A stretch of 64,000 nt of DNA, taken from positions 51,894,001-51,958,000 of the forward strand of contig CM060731.1 of assembly GCA_030704615.1 (NCBI GenBank), given 5' to 3'. Below the pieces are notes generated by a model. It made no database searches and was not told the DNA's origin. It saw only the letters and a list, made by a program, of their open reading frames with translations. The translations under genes and the position numbers were made by a program. Below, one piece after another: positions 25,701 to 38,000 of the stretch; position 1 is the stretch's first letter, and every line of letters starts with the position of its first letter. This DNA comes from Takakia lepidozioides (taxonomy: Eukaryota > Plantae > Bryophyta).

Positions 25701-26473
25701 GTTTTTAATGTACCTTTCTCTAGGAAAAATATTGTAATTTCATGCATGCCCTATCTGATGGTCATAAAACCATGGGGTATCCCCTACAGTTTTAAGTTCT
25801 GTGAACTCTGAACCCTATCGTCTTTGACCAAACGACTCCATCGGCCGGTCATACACACAACGAGCTTCCCATTGGGCTCAACAGGCCAACTCTGCATGGC
25901 TTCTGACTTGAGAAGAAAAGAGTCGCTGCCCAGAAAAAGCGGCATTGACTCTTCCTTCAACCAGCTGCAAACCCTCCGAGTGGACGACCCCAACTAAGGT
26001 AGATACTTCTAGAAAAGTTAACCCGAATATAGCAATGAGCCCCACGTAGTAAGAAAGGTGAACTCCATGTGGCTAAGTCTTTGAAAATTGCTCAGTATTC
26101 AAACTTCATGGGGAATTGGGAAAGTGACTTAAGCTATTAGTGGAGGAGATTTCTAGACATAAACAGGTCATGTATACCAAGCATACATTGCTGCCATTCC
26201 ATCGTTCTGAGTAGCTACAACAACCCCACACTGCACGTCCTCATACTTTTAAGATAATAACAACATATCCAACCTTATCAAGTGGATTTTCAGCATGATG
26301 AGGGAGGAATCGACAGAGGGAAATAAACCCCACATATTTCTTTGCTGAAAATCCAGGGGCATGTTCGGTTTCCGAACCATCAGGCACCACTCAACCGTGA
26401 CTCAAGCCTGCCAGACATATGACAAGGCTAGCGAACTTACAGCTGGGAAGCGGGTGTCCAGTTTCTTCTTCAT
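22770..26473 (-). CDS. DRAP1: Dr1-associated corepressor / NC2-alpha (histone-fold, NF-YC-like)
   Basis: GT-AG exons: 26441-26473 MKKKLDTRFPA; 25044-25116 ARIKKIMQADEEVGKIAMATPVLI; about 24597-24690 KALELFSQNLCDKTYEITLRRGAKTMSSLHL; about 23951-24061 KQCVQTNSVFDFLQDIVSKVPD; about 23540-23604; last exon 22770-23292 with an RG repeat, FDLN motif and acidic tail. Confidence 0.93.
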
Positions 26474-28348
26474 ATCGACTGCTCACCCCTTGCTTCTACA
26501 CCGCAATCCCCGCCAAAAACATCCAAACCTGCTTCTCCTTCCGCACCTTTGCAAACGTCCCACAGAGCGCAAAGAAAAACAAACTCTTATACTGTACAAA
26601 GAGGATCAAGCATGGAGTGCGCGACTGAAATGGGGCACTCCGCAGCAGCAGGAGGGCGTCATCGTCCAGCTGCGGATTGCGCGCGGGGCACTTTTGCCGT
26701 TAGCCGGTGCTGCTGCCGATGCCGGCCTTCCGCGCTCGCAGGACACAGTCACGCTCTGCTTCGACGCTCACTAGTACCAGCGTGCAGGTAATTCTTCCAT
26801 TGTTCCGAGTTTCTTGCCATCGCAATCTCCCTCTCTGTTTGAGTGCTCCGCAGTGTTTGCAATTGACTTTTCTGTACATCAAACCCGTGACGTGGCTATT
26901 GTTCTTAATATGTTTGTAGATACTTTTTTCTCTTCTAATCGCATTGAAAAGGGATTTTAAACATTTGTTCTCGTTTTGGATTTTATTTGTTTTTATTTGT
27001 TTTTCTAATATATCTGTTTTTGGACAGAAAGGGGCAGTAGCTTTTATAAACATTTTTTTTGTTTTCTTTAGGTGAAAGGGGAGGTAGCCCTTGTTAACTT
27101 TATTCGAATTATAACATTTTAAGAAAGCCATTATTATGGGAAAATGGTGCTGATATTATTAATGTTTTAAAATAAAAGAGGAAATTATTGTTCATTAAAA
27201 ATATCCAGAGAACAATAACAATAGTAATGAATATATAAATACACAGCCACGATTGACGTGGAAGATGAGATAGCATCTTAATAAACGTGGTACACTAAAC
27301 CAGTGTTATTTTTTCAAATTTCGAAAATAACAGGAGTGATAATTTTTATTTTTTCTTAAAAACAGGAGTGGCTACTGAGTTTTGCAGGAAATAGCCATAT
27401 TTTCTGTTCATCACAGGACAGAATCATCCTCCTCTGTACTTTCATCCATGTATATCATCCATATTAGGCGAATTCATTCAAGATTCATATTTTTCTTGAA
27501 GAATTTTGGCGATTTCATCCATGAGAAAATACAGAATTTACGACAGAATATTCATTTTGTTTTTTGAGGTCGAAAAAGTGCGAAATTTCGCCAGAAATAA
27601 AAACACTGCACTAAACTATATATATAATTAATATTTTCTTGCATTTGATCTTTAGAAAAAAAAATTTGTTTTTTTGATAGTCGCTTGTTTGTTTGTTGGC
27701 TCCTCTTTATTCTAAAGAGGAGAGTACGCATCAGTGTCAAAAACTCTAGGCCCGTGTTTGTGTTGTGCTTTCCCCAGGTGTCACCTCCTCTCCCTTGTTG
27801 AATACTCATTGCTGATGTGCCTTCTCTAGGTAACACCTCTTTTAGGTGGTATTGAACAACTTACGAGAAATAAATGGATAAATTTTCAAGTTTATTATGG
27901 ATGAAAGTACATTTAAGAGGAGCCATACTAGCGGCTTGTTACTTCTCTTGAAATGAAAGGGGAGAGGTGCTTGGGACTCTTCTTAGGTTGTTTTTGTTTT
28001 GTTTTTGAAAACGAAAGGGGGTGAATGGATTCTGTTTTTCATCCATTATGCAAAGTTTCATCCACTATGGATGGGTCACTCTCCGCTGAGTCTATAGGTT
28101 CGCCCTCGCCAAGTATTGGCATATTTAGCTTTATGGCCCCTCGGCCCTGCCTGACTAAGGCAGGACTACGCAAAGGGTTCAGCTGCTTTAGCATTGATAC
28201 TTTTGATCGATTACGCTTCCAATTTGATCGAGACAGTTGTCACCAGAATATTCTGTCCATATTTCTAATGAATGACATCCCCTGGACGAACAGTTTCATG
28301 GTCACAACCAATTTTATTTGGCTTTTAGGTCTGGAGTTCAATTTCTTG

Positions 28349-30720
28349 GGAAGATAATAGGAATAATGTAAGAACTTAATGCAAGCGCGTCAGGACGGTC
28401 CAGCCCTGACACCCGTACCGCCGGTTCTTCGCCTCCGGCAGACATCGAAAGGCAGCCGGCTGGGCTCGGTCAATCCCTCCCCACCCCCGCCCTCATCCCA
28501 TCGGCGTCGTCGCCCCAGGCGCGTCGTCGCCCCCTGCGTCTCGTTCTGCGACACCAGTCCGCCGCTTCCAGCAGTCCGCCAGTTCCCTGTAACCCCCGCC
28601 CCGGGTTCAACCATCACCCCCATGTAACCCTCTGTAACTCCGCCGAGTGTAACCCACATTACCATGTAACCCTTTGTAACCCATATAACCCCATGACCCT
28701 CTGTAACCCATGTAACCCTCTATAACACCGCAGAGTGTCACCCCCACCCCTATGTAACCCTCACTACATGTAACCCTCTGTAACACTTGCAACCCATGTA
28801 ACCCTATGTAACCCTCTGTAACCGCAGACCCTCACCCCATGTAACCCTCACTCCATGTAACCCTCTGTAACCCATGTAACCCTCTGTGACCCTTTGTAAC
28901 CCTCACCACCATGTAACCCTCTGTTGTCACCCTCACCCCTGTAACCCTCACTCCATGTAACCCTCCCTCCCTCACCAGGTGGTAACCCTCTGTAACACCG
29001 CAGAGTGTCACCCTTGTGTAACCCTAACCCATCCGTGTAACCCTCTGTGTAACCCTCTTTGTAACCTCACACCATGTAACCTCTGTAACACCGCAGAGTG
29101 TCACCCTCCCGTATGTAACCCTCACCATGTAACCCTCCCTCTGTAACCCTCACTCCATGTAACCCTGTGCCCTCACCAGGTGTAACCCCCATGTAACCCT
29201 CTGTAACACCGAGTGTCACCCTCGCCACCATGTGTAACCCTCACAAACCCTCTGTGGCTCTGTAACCTATGTAACCCTCTGTAACTAGAGTGTCGTCCTC
29301 ACCCTTATGTAACCCTCTGTAACCCCCTCTGTGACCCTTTGTAACCCTCACCACCATGTAACCCTCTGTAACACCGCAGAGTGTCACCCTCACCCTATGT
29401 AACCCTCACTCCATGTAACCCTCTCTGACCCTCTATAACCCTTGTAACCTCTGTAACCCATGTGACCCTCTATATCCCTCACCCCCTTACCCCATGTAAC
29501 CTCTGTAACACCGCTCACCCTCGTGTAACCCTGTGTGACACCGCAGAGTGTCGATGTAACCCTCACTCATGTAACCCTCTGTAACCCAACCCTCCCCTGT
29601 AACACCATGTAACCCTCACACCGCAGAGTGTCCCCTCACCCCTGTAACCCTCACTCCATGTAACCTCCCATGTAACCCTCTGTGACCCTTTGTAACCCTC
29701 ACCACCATGTAACCCTCTAACACCGCAGAGTGTCACCCTCACCCCTATGTAACCCTCATTCCATGTAACCCTCTCTGACCCTCTGTAACCCATGTAACCC
29801 TCTGTGACCCTCTATATCCCTCACCAGGTGTAACCCACCATGTAACCCTCTGTAACACCGCAGAGTGTCACCCTCGCCACCATGTAACCCTCCGTAACCC
29901 ACACAAACCCTCTGTGACACCGCAGAGTGTCACCCTCATCCCCATGTAACCCTCACTCCATGTAACCCTCTGTGGCTCTGTAACCCATGTAATCCTCTGT
30001 AGTCACCCTCACCCTTATGTAACCCTCACTGTAACCCTCTGTAACCCCCTGTGACCCTTTGTAACCTCACCACCATGTAACCCTCTGTAACACCGCAGAG
30101 TGTCACCCTCACCCCTATGTAATCCTCACTCCATGTAACCCTCTGACCCTCTGTAACTCTCTGTAACCCATGTAACCCTCTGTGACCCTCTATATCCCTC
30201 ACTAGGTGTAACCCTTACCACCATGTAACCCTCTGTAACACCGCAGAGTGTCACCCCCATCCCTATGCATCCCTCACTCCTTGTAACCCATGTAATCCTC
30301 TGTGACCCTGCGTAATGTAACCCTCTGTGACCCTGTGTAACCCATGTAACCCCATGTGTAAACCCTCTATAACCCATGTAACCCTCTGTGACCCTCTATA
30401 ACCCTCACCAGGTGTAACCTTCACCACCATGTAACCCTCAGTAACCCTGTAACACCGTAGAGTGTCACCCTCACCCCTGTGTAACCTCACTCCATGTAAC
30501 CCTATGTGACCCTCTGTGACTCTCTGTAACCCTCACCAGGTGTAACCTCACCACCATGTAACCCTCCGTAACCCGTTTATCCCTCTGTAACACCGCTGAG
30601 TGTAACCCTCACTCCATGTAACCCTCCCATGTAACCCTATGTCACCCTCTGTAACCCATGTAACCCATGACCCTCTGTAACCCTTTGTAACCCATGTAAC
30701 CCTCTGTTACTCCGCACCCT
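28349..30720 (+). repeat. Left terminal inverted arm: ~240-bp unique end plus ~2.1-kb modular (GTAACCC)-core satellite
   Basis: Modules such as CATGTAACCCTC, TGTAACACCGCAGAGTGTCACCC and TGTGACCCT; reverse complement of the right arm. Confidence 0.95.
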
Positions 30721-31256
30721 CACTCCATGTTATCCTGCATCGTGTAACCCCAATGTAAGCTTGTATCATGTTATCCCATATACCCCTCTCCGTGTAACTC
30801 CAGTTCCTCGTAACCCCATCATCCCTGTAACCCTCTGCACGTCAGCGCTTTAGCTCCGCCTCGTGTAACCCTCATTGTGCAACTCTCACATTGTAACCCC
30901 ACCATGTAACCCCGATACTGTATCAATCCCCCCGTGTAACCCCCGATTGTGTCACTCATAGCTCGTGTCACCCCGGATCCTTTATCCCCAACGCATGTCA
31001 CCCCTGTTCGTGTAGCCCCTTAGTGCCCGGCAAAAATTGGCGGGCTCCAAGAGGTGTCAGATATTTTGAATTCAAACCTGGGTTACACGATTCGGTGACA
31101 TCAAAACCCACGTAACTCCATCATCGCTCGTCATTTTCACCAGGTGCGTAGACGACGTGCAGTCCCGAGGGCTCCGCTGCGTTGCCCGCGTGTATTATGC
31201 GATTTGTACTGTACTGGTGGTATTGTTGCTGCTAATGGGCATGTGCTGCCGCGAAG

Positions 31257-33655
31257 GTGCTAGACGAGGAACGCAAAGCAGCATTGGAATCAAATGGTTT
31301 GAAAGATGAGGCGGGAGAACTCTGTCATTTGCAGCATTTGGTATCTCATTTGAAATGCATCCTACAGCTGCCCATAGACGGGCTTTTCAATCACACAAAC
31401 CTCCGTTGGATACGCCAGGTTTCCCAGGGAAAAGGGAAACGGATATCCATCGAAGTAGCTGTCGTTCCATGGTCTCGCATTCCTGACTTTCTGGAGGGAG
31501 AAAGGAGTAGAGTGGATGGGAAGACCCAATTTTATGTTCAAGATCGAAGGTACCGTGAGTTGCCAGATTTGACAACACCGCGTGCAAACAGTTATCGTCA
31601 GTGGCATAAGTAAGTCACTTATGAGGGTTGTATAACATTCCCAGCCCCACTTCTTTCTGCTAGTCTAGCAAAGTCGTATATGGCGATAACCCTCCTCGCT
31701 TTATATGCTTTTTTTGCAGGTACCACTGCTGCTACGGCCCGATAGATAGGCGCACGGACCCGCCGATTGTGAAGAAAAAAAAGAAAAACCGATAGCAGCC
31801 TCCGATAATCAAACAGCAGTCAAGCGAATCAGACGTAAGGCAGCGGATTTCGGAGAGTCATACAAACGTGGGTGTACGTGTAGCTTCAAAGTTGGCCAGT
31901 GTTTTCTAGATTCAGAGTTGGCAATCATCACATACTTCCAAAACAGCATGTGGATGCAAAAGGAAAGCCATGTCATGGTTCAGCTGACCCCTCTTCCCAT
32001 TTCTCGCGATTCGTGCATGCCCCTCGTCTCAGCCAAGATATGAAACAGTGGATCGTCGATAGTCTTCGCAGTGGCCTATCTCCAGCTATGATTATGACAC
32101 AACACACTCAACAACTCCAGGAAGCTTGTGCGTCTCAGCCAGGCATGGAGTGGAGTCGCGATTGTTTCTTGTTCGAGTACGACGTGAGAAACATTGCCGA
32201 CAAGCTTGCGATTGAGAGTTACAAAAAACATCCAGATGATGCACAAAGTGTACGTATGGGTCAATAGCAATCCTGAAAGCGTCTTCTTCTACCATGAAGA
32301 GACAGCGCCAGTGGCGGGTGATTTGAAGTTCGTAATTGGAATACAAACGGAGTGGCAAAAACAGAAAATGATCGACTTGGGACACAACCGTGTGGTATCC
32401 TGCGATGCAACATTTGGGACCAACGAAAATAAGGTATTCGTGTCACGCTTTACCTTTCATTGCATTCTGAAATGTGAGTGCCATGCAACTGTTGCCAATA
32501 TTTTAACGCTCACCTTATTCATTTTTGTACCATTGCGACATTGCAGTTCCCAATGTATACCATGATGGTGTTCGACGAATGGCTCAACGGCATACCTGTT
32601 GCTTATTATATCAGCGAGAAACAAAACGACTGACTTGAGCCCCTGGATGAAACGTCTTCGCGACCGACTTCTTCAGAGCAAACCAGATTGGAGGCCAATG
32701 CTTTTGTTGTCGACGATGCAGACGCAGAAATCAATGCTATCAGGTACACGGCTAGAAGTTACATGTTCTGAGTCACACTACAAGTTGCAGCACGAATGGA
32801 GGGCTTGCTGGTTTGAGCACTAAGAGTTTGAGTTACACGAGGGGGTGTGCTTATGGAGTTACAGGTGCTCGAGGGGTGGATTTGAATTTGAGGGCCTTAC
32901 TGGCCTTGATGGAGGATAATGCGAACTCGTGGGGTCCGTTCTAACCCACTATTGGTATAGAGATAACTTGAAATCGAAAGGCTTCAAAAGGAATGTACGA
33001 CAGGAGGAATTTATCAGTAATGCTGTTTGGACTGCAAGGGAGATCCCTGATGTCAATGTTCATTTGCCCACTGTTCCTGGTCATCCGGCGATTGTGGATA
33101 GTGTTCAAACGGCCGGTCGAAGCTACACAATCTATGCACCTGCGACCACCTGGGCTTGTTGCGATTGTCCATGGGCTTTGAAGGGTAACTTGTGCAAACA
33201 TCAAATCCGCGTTCTTCAATTGATGAAGCCAAATCTGAAGGAAGGGCTTATTGTGAAGCTCTGTGGCACAAAGCTCGGGACCATTCATGGAGGTCTTCAC
33301 ATGTGATGAAATCGGAACTTCCAGATATTGATGCAGAGGAGGAAGTTGTGAATCTAGCAGAGCCTACGGAGTGCTCAGCATCATCCCGGCGTGGTCGGCA
33401 GGAGCCATCGGATGTTTCATCAATTGAATCTGAGATGAAGTCCCTGTCGCTTCTTGGCAATGAGAGTGAAACAATGCGCAAACATTGCTTGCCGAGCTTC
33501 GTTGTGTTCGTGGGAGGCTGTCCACTTTACAAGTTAGAATCGACAAAGGTCTGTTGCACCCTCTTCAAGCAGTTCCATTCATAAAAAATGATGATGGAAA
33601 CAACATGTCCCTTGCCAGGAAAGTAGATTTTGTAGACCGGTTCCGTAGTAAGTGA
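31257..33655 (+). pseudogene. MULE transposase with SWIM zinc finger (frameshifted; central catalytic segment apparently deleted)
   Basis: Motifs in order: VPWSRIPDFLEGE; YHCCYGP; KRGCTCSF..QHVD..CHG (WRKY/FAR1-like); FVIGIQTEWQ; SCDATFGTN|FPMYTMMVFDEWLNGIPVAY; FVVDDADAEINAIR; SWIM WACCDCPWALKGNLCKH; stop TGA at 33653-33655. Confidence 0.88.
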
Positions 33656-35001
33656 CCATTGAGTCCATTGGCAATGACACTTACTTTGTGATCACCAAGT
33701 TTAATATGAAGTACATGTCTGTTCATGGGTTGTTATTCACTTTGCCATTCCATCCACATTCAACCTATGTAACCCACTCAATGGGACACCCATGGGCCGG
33801 GGTGACACACCGCAGGGTTACACTGTCTGGGGTTTCATAACGTAACATAGCTCTACTTAGTGTAACTGCATCTGTGGTACTCCACACAGTGTAACACAGA
33901 TGAGTGTGAACCTCTTCAGTGTAACTCATTGTGGTGTAACTCCAAGTGTAACTGCAATGTAACTATCAACAGTGTAACCTAGTATGTAACCCCATAGAAT
34001 ATTGCTGTCAGTGGTGTAACTCTGAGAACAATGTGACTACAATGTGACTACAGGGTCTGGGTTAGTCTGCCGGGGTTACATGACCCTTCAATACAGAGTG
34101 GGAAGATGTTGAAGTCGAGCACCTTTAGTCACCAACACTAGCCCCTGTATGTGTAACCCCTCTATGTGTAACCCAATTTGTGTGTAACCCATGGACGTGT
34201 AATCCATGAGATAGATAATCATTCCGTTCAACCTATGTTATGGACCAGTGTAGCCCTCCGGAGTGTAACTTGTTGTTGTGTAACCCCAAAAGTATGTATC
34301 CCGACCACATGTAACCCCCATTGATGTCACCCCATCGCATGTAACCCATTGTACAATTTGGGGTGCACGCTATAAACCCCGATGCTACATCACCCCATCT
34401 TATGTATCCCCACGACACGTAGCCCTTGTATAGGCAACCCTGCCCACTTTCATTGTGCACAGTGTAACTTAGAACTGTGTAACCCTCTTGAGTGAGTGTA
34501 ACCCAGAGTGTTGTAACTCCAAGAAGTATGTAGCCCGACCAGATGTTACCCCACACTATTGTGACCCCATCGTATGTAACCCATTGTACATAGCCCTCAT
34601 GTATGTAACCCCATGTAGTATAAATCTGAGAACTTCAGTGCACAAACACTTCAGTGCGAAAAAAATAAAAAATAAAACAAATGCGCATAGTCGAGGTGGG
34701 GTTACATGCCACGAAAGTATACTGTTTCAGCAACGTGACCCTGACATAGCCAGGTATGTAACCCATAAGTGTAACCCCACGTTGTGAGACCCGGCATGGT
34801 GTAACCCATCACTTATGTGTGAACCCACAGAGTGTAAGCCCATTGCCCCAGGGCCCAAAGGTGTACCCAAGTACTTGTCTATGATTCCACTTCATGTAAC
34901 CTTATAAGGTGTAACCCCATGTAAGCCCATTGCATGAAACCCAAACTGTGAAGTGTTACGAACAAACCACATAGAAGCAAAAATGCATCAAGAGACGCTA
35001 T

Positions 35002-38000
35002 TTATTTCTTTGGCCATCTGACCAAGTCTTTGTCCATCTCGTCACACAGCCAACTAATCATATGAGTACGGGAAGCTATCATGGTTGACTCGTTGAACCA
35101 ACTTGCAGTAAACGCCCGCCTATGACGGGTTCGATCTTCTGTGGTTTTCACATTGAACTTCCACTCCAAGTAAAATTGCACAAAACAAAGTGCATAATAG
35201 CCGCACTCCCAACAGCTCCGTTGTTGGGGGACACTGGCCTCAAACCATTCCATCCTCTCCATGACGTAACTGAAGTCATCAGATCCAGGCATGAAATCAA
35301 AGAACGCTATGGCAAAATTTCGCAAAATTCCTTCAATGAGTTTGGGTCGGGCAATGGTTTTATGGGAGTCCAAATGTACTATCCGACCTCGGCGCTCTAA
35401 AACAGCAACACTCCAGTGATCACTGCAACACAAACAAAGCCGTTACGTCAGAATAGAAAAAAAAACTCCAATGAAACCCATTGTGGTGTAACCCAGTAGT
35501 GTAACCCTTTGTACTGTAACTCTAAACGGTGTTACACAACTAGTCAGCAGTCACTAGTGCAACTCAGTCTAGAATAGAGGAGTGTAACCCAACATGCTCA
35601 GTCAATGCTGAAATTACTTACTCGAAGACAATAGGGATGACAACCACGTCCACAAGATCTCGATTCTTTGTGAACACCATCCCTCGGGCATCCTGAGTGT
35701 ACCATTCTTGCACCAACCCGAATAGCGTCTGCAGATCGTTACCATTGGTACGCATGACATGCCATTGAAAGGAGCACAGATGACAAACTCAGGTGCGATA
35801 GCCTTAAACAATTGGCCTCCAGAAGTTTGTTGTAACCGAGAGCAATGCATCTGTGACAGTTGCTCTTATTTTATACATCGGCTCAAAATCTGTCTCTTCC
35901 AAGTAAAACTGTAACGGACTAGAAGCCAGGAAGGCATCGCCATAATAAAACTTCACTTCGGGCGCCCCAGGAGGGTCCGACACCATTCTGAACTTGTCAA
36001 GTACCGTTGTTTTAGTCTGCACAACAAACCGCACATTACGAACATTACGATGCATCATACAAGAGTTATAATCAATATTCAAAATCAGAGAGGATCAAAG
36101 TACAATGAGGTACCTCGAACGCTCCCGCAAGTGCTTGGCAAGGACCTCTTGCTGCTGGACAACGTCAACCTCCGAGACCCCTGCACTTTTGCCTTTCGGT
36201 TTGGTTCGCTGTTTTTTGGGTGCGACAAGAACAGATACTTCTTTGTCAGCGCTAGGGGGTTCAGCCAACCGCTTTCTTTGAGCAGGCGGCCGTTTTGACC
36301 TCCTGGGATTCTCTGCAACCCTGACAATGCCGCCGTAGGGGGAATTTCTGAGCCAGAGGTGCCTTGTTCTGAGTTTGCTGCAAGTGCTGAAGACTGCACT
36401 CCCTCGTCTGATGCTGGGAGGTGATGACCAAGGGCAGAAGTGTCACAGCTCACCTCCTCGGTGCTACCCCTGTCAGTGTAACCCTTCTGTTCCCCTTGTC
36501 ACGCTTCTTAGTGTCACCCTTCTCTTCGGCTACCTCCTCAGTGTCACGATTCTCAGTGTCATCACCCTTCTCTTCGGCTACCTCCTCAGTGTCACTCTTC
36601 TTAGTGTCACCCTTCTCTTCAGCTACCTCCAGAGTCACGCATCTCAGTGTCGCCCTTCTCTCCGGCTACCTTCTCAGTGTCACCCTTCTCTTTGGCCGCA
36701 TTATCAGTGTCACTCTTCGCAGTGTCACCCTTCTCATCGGGTTCCTTCCCAGTGTCACTCTGCTGAGTAACAATCTTATGTGTGTCACCCTTGGCAGTGT
36801 CACTCTTCTCAGTGTCTAGATGCTCCGCAACATCCTTCTCTTCGTGACTCTCCACAGTGAAACGCTTCTCAGTGTGACCCTGCTTTGTGTCACCCTTCCA
36901 ACTGACAACCTCCTCGGTGACACCCTTCCCCGTGTCACCCATGTCGATGTCACTCTTCTTTGCATCAACCTCCTCAATGCCATCCTTGTTTGTGTCGCCC
37001 TTCTCCGCACCCTCCAAGACCATGTTGACTAGCAGAAGACCGTCATCCGTCGCGACTAGTGGCCGTGGCAAAGGAGTGTCACCTTCCACGACTAGTGGTA
37101 GTGGAATGTCATCCATGACAGTGTTACACTCACTGACATCTACCATGTGGGTTGGCTGTGGGGTGTCACCCCTATCAGTGTAACCCATGTCAATGTCACT
37201 CTCAACGGAAGTTGCAGTGTTCACGGGCAATGGTGTGTCACCCACGACAATGTCCCTCTCCCCACTTGACAACTGTCACCTCCACTTGCTGATTGTGTGT
37301 AAACAGTGCCAGTGCCATTTACTTGTCACCCTCACCCTTTCAGGGCATCCTCCCCTTGCAGAGTCACCCTGCATCAATGGGACCCACGAAGGCTGGGTCA
37401 TTCTGAGAGAGGTTGACCACATGATCCTGACAAATACTTACATTGCTGCATCGAGGGTTCAACCCAGCATCTCCAGATTCAAAGTCATACACAGACTCTG
37501 GGTCAAGCGGGTCCCCGATTCTTCGATTAAGACCTTCAAAAGAAATGACTGGGGCTGCGGACAAAGAGGTTCGCACTTGGGTGTTCCACCTTGATGTATC
37601 ATCTTCAGTATCAGTATCAGAAATCATGGGCAAATCCCGCGTCAAGTCTGCTAGGTTCACCCCTAAGTGCAGCTGGGTTGTACAATTCACCAACCTGCGA
37701 CAAAGATACAACGGCAGATTGACTTGGAATGATGTCCTCGTCATGTACATCGTCGCTCTGCGGGGCGGAAATTGGCCCATCGCTCGTCTGCGCGCCCCCT
37801 ACGCCCCCTGTATCGCATTGTGGAGGGGCCCCATACACAACTTCGTGAAGCTCACGTTGAGCCTCAAAAGGTTTTTGAACGCATTGGCGACTTGATTGGT
37901 CATGAGCTCGGACTCATCTGCATCGGGGAAAAGACAAAGTTTTTAGTCGTGGAACGAGGTTTTTGAAAGTGCAAGGGTTACACTATGTAAGGGTTACACT

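Noticed and set aside
28025-28357. 110-aa ORF next to the MULE left end
   Set aside because: No recognisable domain or splice structure; it ends inside the TIR.
28379-31001. ORFs in the satellite arms (GVTEGYM, RVT repeats; also 42840-44430)
   Set aside because: These are shadow translations of stop-poor tandem repeats.
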